Below are positions 52,768 through 64,000 of a DNA stretch of 64,000 nucleotides, piece after piece. Under the pieces are notes generated by a model that saw only the letters and a program-made list of their open reading frames with translations, had not been told where the DNA came from and ran no database searches. Both the position numbers and the translations under genes were made by a program. Every line of letters begins with the position of its first letter. The stretch's first letter is position 1. This DNA comes from Tubiluchus corallicola (Eukaryota > Animalia > Priapulida): NCBI GenBank assembly GCA_030141605.1, contig JAQGDQ010002368.1, positions 434,001 through 498,000 on the forward strand. Reading direction: 5' to 3'.

Positions 52768-55115
52768 CATTATTATTTATATTGAACAAAATCACGAATA
52801 CACATCACATATTCAATACAGAATCTGATAAAGAAGCCCGAAGATAAAAAAATCCTTGAAAGAAACAGTTTAGGTCAGAATTTATGGACCCTGATATAGA
52901 TAATACTGATAACCTCTAAAACAATCTGTCACGTTCACTAGTGCCGCCACACCACTGTATTTGGACCAGGCTGTGCAAACAAGTCTTGCTTGGACACATT
53001 TACATTTGCCATAGTACCATTTGGCTGGCTGGCTGACAGCCATATTTAATAATTGCTTCAGTTCCACATGTCCGATGTGGTTCCCATGTCAAGTCAGTGG
53101 ATTTTCTCGGTGCAGTCAAATGGTGATGGTCAAGCTGGGGACAGTGATGAACGCTTGGCCTAACAGCATCCTGCCTCATATACCACATGTCTGGTGTACT
53201 CCAATAGTGCAGCAGGTCATCCCCGCAGATGTTGGAGAAAATGCCTCCATTGACATTGCCTTTCTTGTGAACAAGCCTTTATATGCTTTGTCAATTAGCA
53301 TCAAAACGTGCTTGCTGTGTCATACAAGAGTGTGACAAAACGTTCAAGCACAGGCGTGAGTTCAGTCAGCTGCTCAGCTCTAATCGTGTTTCTTAGCGAT
53401 ACAAATCCTTCTGTTATCGCCTTAAACACTTGCCACGTAGGCCAAACCATCTTTTCCTTCTCTCTGTAAATGCTGAAACTTGGTCGGAACCAGTATTGGC
53501 ATGAAATACTGACGAAGCTGGTCTCTTTAAGTCCCATGCTATTCACAGTTTCAAAGGGCCAAAGATATTGCCTTTATAAACTAGTAACAGCTATTTCGTC
53601 AGCCAACGTGAAGATGGCGACCATATCGGATATTACCCTAAAGCCTTGACCTTCAAAGCCTACATATAAACAATAAAATCACCATTCTATTTGCTTCAGA
53701 ATATGCAATGTAGCTAATATATTAAACAAGTGGCTACAGGCACGAAATCTTAACAGAGGTTATATTATAGGCATTTTTAGGCATTAGACATGGATTCCTT
53801 GACCTTGAAAACCTGTACTTAGACACCAAAATCGTCATCTAAACTATCTGGTCGGGCATCTTGAAAATGGCAACCATATTGGATATTTCTGATTGGTCTC
53901 ATATCCCAAATTAATCACCTTGATGGGTTCTAGCAGTGTGCAAAGTTTCATAACTTTTACGCAAAATTGGCAAGTTTAGGCAAATTATCTAGACTATATA
54001 AGTCGGAAACCGGGCGCACATTTTGTTTTTGTTTTTGCTTATTAAACTGTCTAAGTCGCCTTGTGTCTTTTTTGGGAGTCTTTTTTATATTCAGCAAGGT
54101 CGAATTAATAAAAATAATTTGCTTTTTGTTTTTATAACAAATCTTTAAATGAAATTGCATAGTTAGCATAATTTTGTTTTGGGCGACGGCCATTTTTGAA
54201 ATAAAGCTAAGAGAAACTAATTGCTTAGGCCCAGCAGCTTAAGCAAAATGTCATGATTGCATCTTAATGATAATGTTGTGGCAATGATTTTTTTAAATTT
54301 ATATTGTTTGTGCAAAAACATAGCGGTCATTTCTTTTTTATTTTGCATTTTGAGCCCTTTCCGCTAATTTTTCAAGCCGGCTAGGGTCTTTTTGATTTCA
54401 AATTGACAAGACTGGCTATGCTGCCTAGTGCCCACTTAAAAAACGCCTCCAATGTTCCATTTTTCTGAAAAGTCGTCTAATCTAACAATTTAACTAGAAT
54501 TTAAACAGCGGTACAACTCCAAATGAGCATAAAAACCGAAATCTTTTTTGGAGGATTTCATAATTTTGTTGTGTGCAATGTTGCAGGCTATAAACGGACT
54601 CTAGCAATGGAGTGACCATAAACTAACGGAGCAGAATTTAGGTGGCTATTTGTTAGGAGCACTGACTGCTCTGTGCTATTAGAGGTTATTTATGAGAGCA
54701 TTCTTAAATTGACATTGATTTGTTGAAGGTAGCCGTAGTTCAGAAAGAATTCGTTTCGTCAACAAGCACCTTCATATCTAAGATCTGACAACCAGCAAGT
54801 TGCTGATTCACATTTTTTATATATCTGTTGCTGATTTGTCGCGGATAGTACTAATGTTACTCCTGTATTTGTAGGACAAATTATCATCACTTTAATTTAG
54901 AAAAATCTACTTGCTCCGCAGCAAAATTGTTTTTGGTTTTACGTACACGATGTCGTTTTGTTAGTTCCAAAAGGACAGAATTTTTTTGTATTTTGTTTAA
55001 CGAAACTGCTATAAACTTTGCATACAAATTTCTTGCCGACTAAAAAAAGCATGTAGAAGTTCAACAGACAATGATATGAAACAGCAGCTTTCTAGATAAT
55101 TTCAAAATACAGATT

Positions 55116-55184
<69 letters not shown>

Positions 55185-56482
55185 GAGTGCACTGCATTGC
55201 ATGGGTGGCATCGCATTTGGTTGCGTTTTGTTTGCATTATATTTTCTGTTGCAGGTTAAATGAGAGAGTGAACACCGAGTAATTTAGCAATTTAATTAAT
55301 AGTTTGTCTAATTAAAAAAACTTCAAGATCAAGCAACTCGTTAAAGCCTCAGTGGGTTTGATATCATCTTTAGATTTGATCAAGACTTTGCTAACTTAAT
55401 GACATGCTTCTAAGTACGAATCGATCTGCACAAAAGCATCTGATTAAACACAGAGTGCAGAGTGAGCATCCTCAGTGTTTATGATGACATCTCCCTCAGG
55501 ATGTAAGAATCAAATAAAGAAACCCAGTCTTGATGCTTCAGCATCGAACCAAGACCATTTTTCATAAACGTATGCATTTTTCGTTGAAATAATGTAAAAC
55601 GCTATCGTAAAAGCAATCTTCTTTATTCATCCTATGCATCTCATTGAATTTTTGATGTTGAATAGTCTGTTACGCCTAGGCACTCATGCACATGTATAGA
55701 GCACGAATGGCTATCAGTGCTCGTAACTTGCAGACCTGATTGTTACGGCATTAGCTTGACTAATAATTATTATCAGGCATCTTGTGAAGACTTCCTTAGG
55801 TTTCCGAACTAAAAAACTCTAAAATTTAATAATCCACAACAAACTGTAAAGCAATAGTCATTTACCAGTCATGCGGATATAATTTGTTCTGAGATAACCT
55901 TAAGCATCAGCTACGAATTAAGATCGATAGATGCCCTAAAATGTAGAGGCCGTAAGCATAAGCACTAGAAAAATTTCGTTGCCAACATAATTATTTTTAA
56001 TTTAAAGAATACTCGGTTAACCATAAAATAAACATTTCACTTTCTGAAATAAAAGAAAACTTATACAGTAGGTTTATTTGGACATGCCTTAACCACGTGC
56101 TTACTTTTTTGCTTAATGTTAATCCAGCCCTGATACATATTAAAGCAGCATCGTCAATTTCTTCAATTTTGTTTATAATTAACGAGCATGAATTATTTTT
56201 GAAATTAATCCTTTACAGTAAAAATGCATATACATTTAACCCGTCGAGGAGCGTAATAGAAATTGATGAACAGGTTAGAGGGAACTGATAACATAATTGA
56301 CAGGAGACAGACAGGTAAATGCATATAAACCCTAAAAGGCTGTAAACCAAAATAATTATAAGATTAATATGTAATAACTATAATCAGCAATAGGCCTATA
56401 TAAATAAAAACTTACTTGTATTATTTAAAGCGTTTAACTGCAGAACGGTGCACACTGATTCCTGATCCAGCTTCTCAAACAT
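36996..56482 (-). CDS. CRHR: Class B1 (secretin-family) GPCR, CRF/diuretic-hormone-receptor-like; ~444 aa model
   Basis: Minus-strand exons: 56416-56482 (tentative first), 51183-51317 (CPAHFDGILCWPPT..CP), 48523-48632 (ASKDCLLGGTW..SDYLNC), 44526-44629 (TM1 YYVGYTLSITSL), 43120-43237 (KLSCMRNKIHVNLF), 42310-42463 (TNFFWMLVEGLYL..IGW), 42028-42088 (GIP..W), 40334-40403 (CW..DYIF..P), 39442-39530 (IN..FL), 39009-39144 (LLPLLG..STQ), 38623-38664 (GFWITLFFCFTNHE), 36996-37244 (tail and stop). All phases are compatible (1335 nt). The 5' end and signal peptide are unresolved, and the subfamily call is by motif resemblance. Confidence 0.9.
41750..41820. repeat. (AT)n microsatellite
   Basis: Direct reading. 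Confidence 0.98.
51726..54484 (-). mobile_element. Degenerate Academ-like DNA transposon (long imperfect TIRs; remnant of the protein C-terminus at ~52900-53500) in a GPCR intron
   Basis: Termini TAGACTAG.. / ..CTAATCTA. ~150-bp imperfect inverted arms share GGCA(A/G)CATAGCCAGTCTT(A/G)TCAATTTGA and GCTTGAAAATT. Broken minus-strand coding remnants PVLERFVTLLYD, WEPH, KYGC, CKCVQARLVCTA resemble the XPG-like/Cys-rich C-terminus of Academ proteins. The superfamily call is from recalled motifs. Confidence 0.65.
52565..52778. repeat. Compound (TTG)n/(TTA)n/(TCA) microsatellite
   Basis: Direct reading. Confidence 0.98.
55117..55183. repeat. (GA)n microsatellite
   Basis: Direct reading. Confidence 0.98.
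55184..55259 (+). repeat. Dispersed 76-bp copy of 30263-30338 (CNT-B intron end, acceptor and exon start), preceded by (GA)n at both sites
   Basis: CGAGTGCACTGCATTGCATGGGTGGCATCGC...CTGTTGCAGGTTAA is identical at both loci except for one G/T. Confidence 0.95.
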
Positions 56483-57235
56483 GTTAGCAACAAGTGATTT
56501 CACTGTTTATATTCCGTATATATGTCCAGAACTGCCAATACATATTTACAGTCATTATGCACAGTTTGGGTTATTAGAATTTTAGGCCAATAGACGACAA
56601 CATTTTTAAGACGCTTCAGAAACATTCGTTCAGCGCTTCAAAATAAAATCATCTTGTCCTTATAAAACAATGTTAAAAATTGCACCTTGTTTAACGCCCA
56701 TGTTTACATTTACATTTAATGAAGACAATATCTAAGTAAAAAATTGTTGCCTAATATCAAGCGTCATAATTACTGCATTTAAACAAAGATTTCAGCTTAA
56801 CGCCAAAAAATAATACTAGCCTGTTTTAGTCTCACCACAAGATTACTGCATGAGTGGATCGCTTTATGAAGCCATCTTCCCTGATGTTGCTTTTCACTGA
56901 AGCCCGTTCCTGAGCAATGCTATAATCCAGTCTACGTTTCAGTTCAGCAGAGGAGCGCGCAAATGTGGTAATTAACTCGAAATTTCGATTGTAATGTTTG
57001 TAAAATGTTCGCCAGAAATAAATAGGACACCTGCGCCATTAACAGAATTAACGACATGCGCAAACTAAAAATTATTTTGCTTAGTTATCACAAATAATCA
57101 AAAACAGATACGATTATATCTTAAGATATGGCAAATTGGTAATTGCTCATGAAAAGTGTATATGTGACAACAAGGGCACTATCGAAATACGGAAGATGAT
57201 ATCAATAATAAGCAACCTGTTTATATATATATAAA

Positions 57236-57752
57236 CTAAATAAGAACAACATTGCTATTGTTCTTGCAGATTAGAACTTGCACTTATTTTGACGTGAATT
57301 CATGTACTGTGCCTATAGCAGTAGCAAATTTTTATTTTACCAAAATATTCTTGCGCGCCAGCTGGAATACAAATTGCACAGCAGTGAAGTGGTTAATTTA
57401 GATGATCTACTGGATTGTTTAATGCCCAGATGATATATATTATGTCAAACTGATATAAGCATGCCTAATTTATATTATTTGCTTGAAAATCTTATCGATG
57501 TTATATTAGCACTGATGTTTTAATGCACTGACTCACTTGCACCTGCACTGTGGAGAGACTTGAATCAGGTACTACTGTTTTGTTAATCCACTTTAAACAA
57601 ATAAAGATTATATATATGTATTCCAGCTGGCGCGCAAGAATATTTTGGTAAAATAAAAATTTGCTACTGCTATAGGCACAGTACATGAATTCACGTCAAA
57701 ATAAGTGCAAGTTCTAATCTGCAAGAACAATAGCAATGTTGTTCTTATTTAG
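57236..57752. repeat. Apparently perfect 136-bp inverted repeat (57236-57371 / 57617-57752) with 245-bp spacer
   Basis: CTAAATAAGAACAAC...GCGCGCCAGCTGGAATACA is mirrored by TGTATTCCAGCTGGCGCGC...GTTGTTCTTATTTAG. No mismatch seen by eye. Confidence 0.95.
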
Positions 57753-60271
57753 CAATAGTCTTATTTATTTATTCTTACTCAATATTTATTTTTACTTGAA
57801 CCTTTGGTTGATATTAACTAAATCTTGAACTATTGTAAATAGAACCATATTGCAACAGTTTAAAAAATTCATCACTGAATTAAACATAGATTTATGACTA
57901 AAATTTACAATTTGCTCGTGACTAACGAAGCAATTCATTTAGGAAAATATTGCACTCATTTGCATAACGTGTACATTCAAAAAAGTAATGTACTTAATTT
58001 TCAACGAAACTATTACTAGAACATATTCGGCTATCTGTTATGTTGCGAGAAAACAAATCAGAATTCAACTGTGTAAATTTCAAAATAAATCTATTTGTTA
58101 ACATTTCATGTTTTCTGGCTTCATTCTTTTTTACACTGATATTTATTATAGGATGTTCCCACTCCTTAGAAACAAGGCCTTTAAAGCAACCTGTTTTTTT
58201 ACTGTCATAGCAAGAATCGTTCATTACAAGACGATTTTTAATAATTATGTAACTAGCATAATCAAAGTTATGTGATATGACGATTAAAATGTGATGATGT
58301 AGCGAAAAGTAGTTTATTATATTTCTAATGTAGGCACATCATTCCTCAAATAGTATACTTATTACCTGCCAGAAAGTATAGTGTTCTGCCTAAGTGTCAT
58401 TTTAAAAAACTGATATTCTAGTCAAAAATAGCCACAAGTAAACATTTTCTTAGTCTCTGATTGGCCCGTTCTATCTACTTGTAAATATACTATAAAATGC
58501 AAATATATCGATGTTAGTTAACGCTAGTTAAAAATCCTAGCTGAACCCAATCATTTCTTAGATAGCTCTTAGACCAGGTCTGCCACATCCGGCCAGATAC
58601 ATTCATTCCAAAGTACAAAATTACCATAGTGTTAGAGGTATATGGACCTCTCATGTATAGGTTTTATTTGTTAGCTTTGTCTTGTACATTAATTATATTA
58701 TTAACGTAAATTAATTAATTACGTAATTAAGTAATTATATTAGTTGTGTTATAACAATGTCGTTATTATCTGTGATAAGTAAGTACTTTTAGTGTGTCGT
58801 AACAAACTTGTTTTTCGTTTTCTGCTGCGTCCGTCGCGACTTAGTAATTTAGCAAACAACACAACCCCAAGACAACAGATGTTTGCGAGATATTAGCAGA
58901 TACGTGCCGTAAGAAACTTTCTGCGCACCCCAGGTGTTATGCATTGGGAATTTTCCCAGACCTGCGTTATTTCTTGGATAAACTCTGTGCTGAAAACATC
59001 TACCTCTCTCTTGAAGCAGCTGACTTCTTATTGTAATTGGTGTTCTGGACTTGATATGGTTGTCTATGAAGAACATATACGGTCTGGATGGATGATGGGT
59101 ATTGGTAGCCATTTTGTTGAAGTTGTTAGTAAAGTTTATGGGACACAGCTGTCGTGTGTTGGTGCTAGAACATTATACCTAGTGGACTGTCAAACATTTG
59201 TTCGTTATTGGTGCGCAATAAAATTTTCCTTGCAAGTCACACAGCGGAAGGACGCTGCTTCAATACAGATCAGTTGGCCTACCGTTAACAGTAGTGTAAC
59301 AGTATATTAATTCGATATAAGCCTGTATCTTTTCTTGTTAAATTTGTACTGTTAATTAATAGACTAAAGTGGTTTATCATTCAGCTATAATTCCGTGTAG
59401 CTGTTTGAGTTTGAGGTTATTTTATCATGTTACGTGATAACTTGCGGTGCTAACACGTAATAGGATTGTAGTCCATTTTTGATAGTCTCTGTTTGATTTA
59501 GGATGACATTGGATTAAGTTGTATTGTGTTCTTTCCGGTTTTTAACAGCTGACGAATGTGACATTTTCGTTGGTTTTAGTACTATGTAAAGCAGTATGAA
59601 AAAGTTGAGTTTAATGGATTGAATTTGACTTGATGTGCAGTAGAGCGGTGGTTTAATGTAGATAACATTATTTGCTTTGCTGTTCAATTGGTGTAACTAT
59701 TATGGTATACTATTGGAATAAAAAATTATGGCGTAGTTTGGAATTGAGCGTTCTGGTTTTGTGTGGTGATGTTCGGAATATAATAATAATAATAAGACTT
59801 ACAGATTTCTCTGAATTGTGCCAGAAGGAAACAGATGCCACAGTGCAATAATACATTTTTCCTGCCTTGTGAAACGCGCCAAATACTCCCACCTACAAAG
59901 TCCAGTGAACTGAAGCCACGTAGCAGGAATAGTAAATTACGAATAGTAGCTGCTGATAACATAACCAACGACGAGTATCTAATATTAACTAAAACATGTT
60001 AACAATGATTTAATAGTCTCAGTTATTTATTTCTCCTTTATTTATAATCAGCATGCTGCTGTATACAAAAACAAATAATAAATTTGACTGGATTGAATAA
60101 ATTTCAGTTTAAATTCATGATGAGTAATATCGTTTTCTAACAAGTTTTTGAAATTACAAGATTACGTAGTTAAGATAACAACAGAAAGTTTCCTATAAAA
60201 ACTCTAAAGCTTTGTCCACTCGTACAATCCAATATTGGTACCTACGTAACCACCTTATCCCTCTTGATCTT

Positions 60272-63200
60272 TTAGAAAAACATTGAAAAGTGACATTTTG
60301 CTCTCCACTGACTAAACCGTAACGTGTTGTACATGTAAATAACGACCAGAGGAAATCGTGTAGATATGTAACTCTCGGGGTCTCTTATAATCGTTTGTGC
60401 CACGCTGCTTAAACCATTGTAGTACTTAATCAGGTTTCTGCCAAATCGAATGAAATCAGCAAATGTATTCCTATAAGGCATCGTTGTTCCAGGGATTTCT
60501 TGCCAGAGGCAGTTGTTTACCATTTGTGTCCAATTTCCACAGGTCGACCTAGCAAACGCTTGCTCAAGTTCGAGAGGTACCAGATCTCCACTGCCTTTGC
60601 ATCGTTTCATTTCTTGACACAACGCCCCGAGAAAGCGATTGCGTTGTTTAGTAGTCCAGAAATAAGGATGCGCTAGAACTTGTGCTATCGTTGGCCTGTC
60701 CATAGGGTTTCGCTGCAACATCCAAATCACCATATCATTGTATTCCGCATTTATGAACCTCAGAAATGGCGTTCCCGCATTAACATTCGCCTCGCATTCT
60801 AAACAATTGCTACCAAATGGATGTTCTCCACCGGTTAGAATAAAGTACGAAAGCATTCCTGAGATGAAGACGTCCGATTTTGCACTGTAGTTGGCAACTG
60901 GCTCGGCGATTCTAATACATTCCGGGGGCTTCCAGTAGTTACTGTTCGACCACACTTCGTCTGAAACAGTTGAGTTGTCTGACTGAAGAAAAAGGCTAAT
61001 TCCAGTGTCTGCCAACCGTAACATACCTGACTCGTCAAGTAGGACATTGCTAGGCTTCAAACCACCATGGAGTATAGGACCTGGCTTTTGTGAATGTAGA
61101 TAACTTACACCTCGGAAAAGCTGGTAAACCAAGATCTTGTTAAAATTCTCACTGCACGGTTTCTGCCTTATAGCTTGCAAATAGCTATATAAGTTATACT
61201 CACACAACTCCATGGGCAAAAAACCTCCTTCTCTGGTTTCCAAAAGACCCTAATAAAAAATAAATTATTAAAATTTAGATTAAAATAAAAAACGCGTTAA
61301 GATAAAAAAAACTTCTAACGCCACTTCTTACATCTATCTTCAGGATGTGTTGATCATTTAAGCTCCATAAACGAAATCTGGACACGATGTTTCGAAACTG
61401 TTGAAGTTTGTTCTTGCAAATGAACTTCAATGCTAACTCGGTTCCATCTTCATTAATGCCAAGCAAAACGCCACCTCCGTCAACTGATCTAAAAAAAGTT
61501 AATTTTTTGCAGCTGTAATGTAACCGTTCCAGAAACTTCCTGAACATGTAGTGGTTCGAGATTTGATCTCAAAAAGATGCAGCTCAAAAATTATATTTAC
61601 CTCTTTCCAATAAAGAACTCATCGGAGTAACAAAATCGTATGGTTCCCTTCGTGATTAGATCACTGGCATGCATTGAGGCTAACTTTCTAAATTTGTCAT
61701 TCCAACGCTTGCTACGACTCTTCCAGTTTCCATTGGAAATGCTACCGTCACAATTGTGCAAGTCTTTCTGAAACAGCATTTCTCCAGGAGTGCTCATCTG
61801 TACGCCTTGTCTTTGGCTAGCATGGACCAGGTTATCTACTGCAGGTTCTGTTGATATACTAATTAAGGAACTAGAGGACATGCAATCAGTATCGTCAAAA
61901 TCATTTTGTTGAATGTTATTGTACCTGTCACCGTTGTAGGTACTATTTGGTGGTCTGAGATTTCCTATATTCCATTGTTGCAAATCATACCCACGACCAT
62001 AACTACTTGTGGCTTGTGACATGGAAAGATTTACATCTGATGCGTGTGAAACAGCTTCATTAAATCCCACCGAATTTGTGCTGCTAGAAGAAGATGTGAA
62101 ATTGAATCCATTATCCTGCTGTGCAAATATTTCTGCGGGTGTAGACATCTGAGGAAGCACTTGAGCAGTTGGTTTCTGTTTGACTGTTGGACATTCGTTT
62201 TTCCTCATTTCAACCACAACGTCAGCATTTTTTGGTAAGTACACCAGATGATTCCTATTGGTTGAGGATAAAACACCTGGTTGACGAAATGGTTTTTCTG
62301 ATTGAGGCACGGTTATAGTTTCCTGCTGAAATTCAATTCCTGGTGGAGGAATTACCATAGGAGCATTGCCACTGGAAAGTGGCATGTGATTTTTGTTCCA
62401 AGGAGGCATTGAACCAGGAAAATTGCTCCAGAGTTGCTGAATAGCAACCTGAGGCAGTGTTGGAAAAAAACCAGGGGGTGGGGGCATCCTCCAGTATTGA
62501 ACAAAAGGCGGTGGTCTAACCATGTGATTAATACCTGGTGGACATGGGATTTGACATTGGTTACTAAGATTGGGATTGTCATGTGGCACTGTACTGACAT
62601 TGCATCCCACAGAAGTGGAATTTGAGTTTAGCAATGTTTCCTGCCAGTTAAAATTACTTTGTGCAGCCAGAGGAACAAGAGACTGGATTATGTTGTGAGA
62701 ATTACTTTCGGAACATGTAGAACACCATTCTGGCCCAGACGGCAGATTCTGAATTTTTGAAGTGCAAGCCTGAAAGCTTTCGGATGGTTTGGATGATAAC
62801 CCTGCTTCATTGGAAGATGTAGGTGTTGTATCGGCATTTCTAAGAACAATTTGACTGCCTGTGTTTTTGTTTGAGCAGTTTTCTTCACTGGTTGATAATT
62901 CTGGTGTTCTAACGTGATTTAGTGATGATTCCAACTCCCTATCTATCTGATCATAATTAAAACTTGAGCTGTCACTCAAATTTTGACTTTCATCACTATT
63001 TGTGTTTGTGAGTGATTTCCCAACACTTACAGTTCTTTCTGGAGATTGAACTGTAGATGTTTGCCCCGAAATATCAGACTCATTTGATTCTACTGAAAAA
63101 GATTCATCAGATTGTGTCAAAGGTTGTATTAAGCAAGACTGTGAACGAGCAGTAACAACTTCTTGAATCCAATTGTTGATCATTCCCCTTTTTATTTCAT

Positions 63201-64000
63201 CTCTAACGGGATCTTTTTCTGGTGAAACAGCCATATTGTTAACTGAAGAACGAGACAATATGTGTGACTCAGAACTTTTGAAAATTTTCAATAAAGGGCG
63301 TGACCAGTGATCATCAAAGCCATCAAGTGTTTTCCATACGTTGGTAATATCAGCTTGTGTAATGTTGGCATTATCATTTGCTATGTGAATTACATCAGAT
63401 TGTATACCCTGGTTCACGTCAGATACGACTGGCATTTGCTGGTTCTCAAAAACCACTGTTTCTGAGGATTTTGGTGTAATTTCATTTTTTGGCGTGTCGG
63501 CTTCCACATGTTCACAGGAAATATTATTATTATTAACACTTATAATTTCAGTATTTTCTTCATATTTCACAATCCCATTATCTTGCTTGTCCTCTTCCAG
63601 TTTTTTTGCTTTTAATTGCCTTGGGAGGAACTCAGCACAATCGTCTTCAGTACCATTATCATTGTCATTCCACTGAACAACTTCAGATGGCAAATTGATT
63701 CTATATGACGTAGTATTTTGATTCACAGGTTCAATTTCATCTTTGTTGGAGATCAGGTGCAAGGTAAAAATAAAATCCAAACACAAAATTTCTTTTACGT
63801 TAGCTAATGTTAGTAATTGGTTACAACTGCATTCCTCATTGTCATGATCATGGTCGTTACCGCTTTCATTGTTTTCATTAGTGTTGAATAAGCTTTCCAA
63901 AATTGACGTGTCATTACTGCTGCCATCTGTTAAAGGATCGTCGCCTTCTGATTCATCATTTGCAGTGTAATAACTTTCAGACGTCGATGTTGTAGATGTT
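60272..64000 (-). CDS. IRE1/RNase L-like kinase + KEN (ribonuclease) domain protein with a long low-complexity N-terminal region; 5' end lies outside the window; probable pseudokinase
   Basis: Exons: 61601 to >64000 (frame open to the window edge), 61332-61488, 60272-61249. Kinase features: GGVLLG..DGTELALK, MELCEYNL, LHGGLKPSNVLLD, LADTGIS, KSDVFISGMLSYFILTGGEHPFG, P.DRPT..QVLAHPYFW. A KEN-like tail follows (W...Y......DFIRFGRN...Y....DP..Y...RFP), the arrangement diagnostic of the IRE1/RNase L family. Confidence 0.9.

Overview
AT-rich, intron-rich eukaryotic genomic DNA, most likely from an invertebrate animal. The species cannot be fixed from sequence alone. Four protein-coding genes can be rebuilt by hand from GT-AG exons. 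Two are tandem SLC28/CNT concentrative nucleoside transporter paralogues on + (7612-22271 and 23685-33393). One is a convergent class B1 (secretin-family, CRF/DH44-receptor-like) GPCR on - (36996 to ~56482). The last is the 3' part of an IRE1/RNase L-type kinase-KEN gene on - (60272 to beyond 64000); its kinase and nuclease catalytic motifs both look degenerate and it carries >750 aa of low-complexity sequence upstream of the kinase. Introns and intergenic DNA hold a decayed LINE interrupted by a hAT-type MITE, several other TIR elements (Harbinger-, pogo- and Academ-like), Penelope-like remnants, a tRNA-derived SINE head, microsatellites, a ~607-bp tandem duplication and two long inverted repeats. 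The most notable items are the pseudokinase/pseudo-RNase gene, an intronic palindrome with a hammerhead ribozyme core on each strand, and a GPCR lacking half of the HETx inactive-state lock. All gene models and alignments were read by eye, without database searches.
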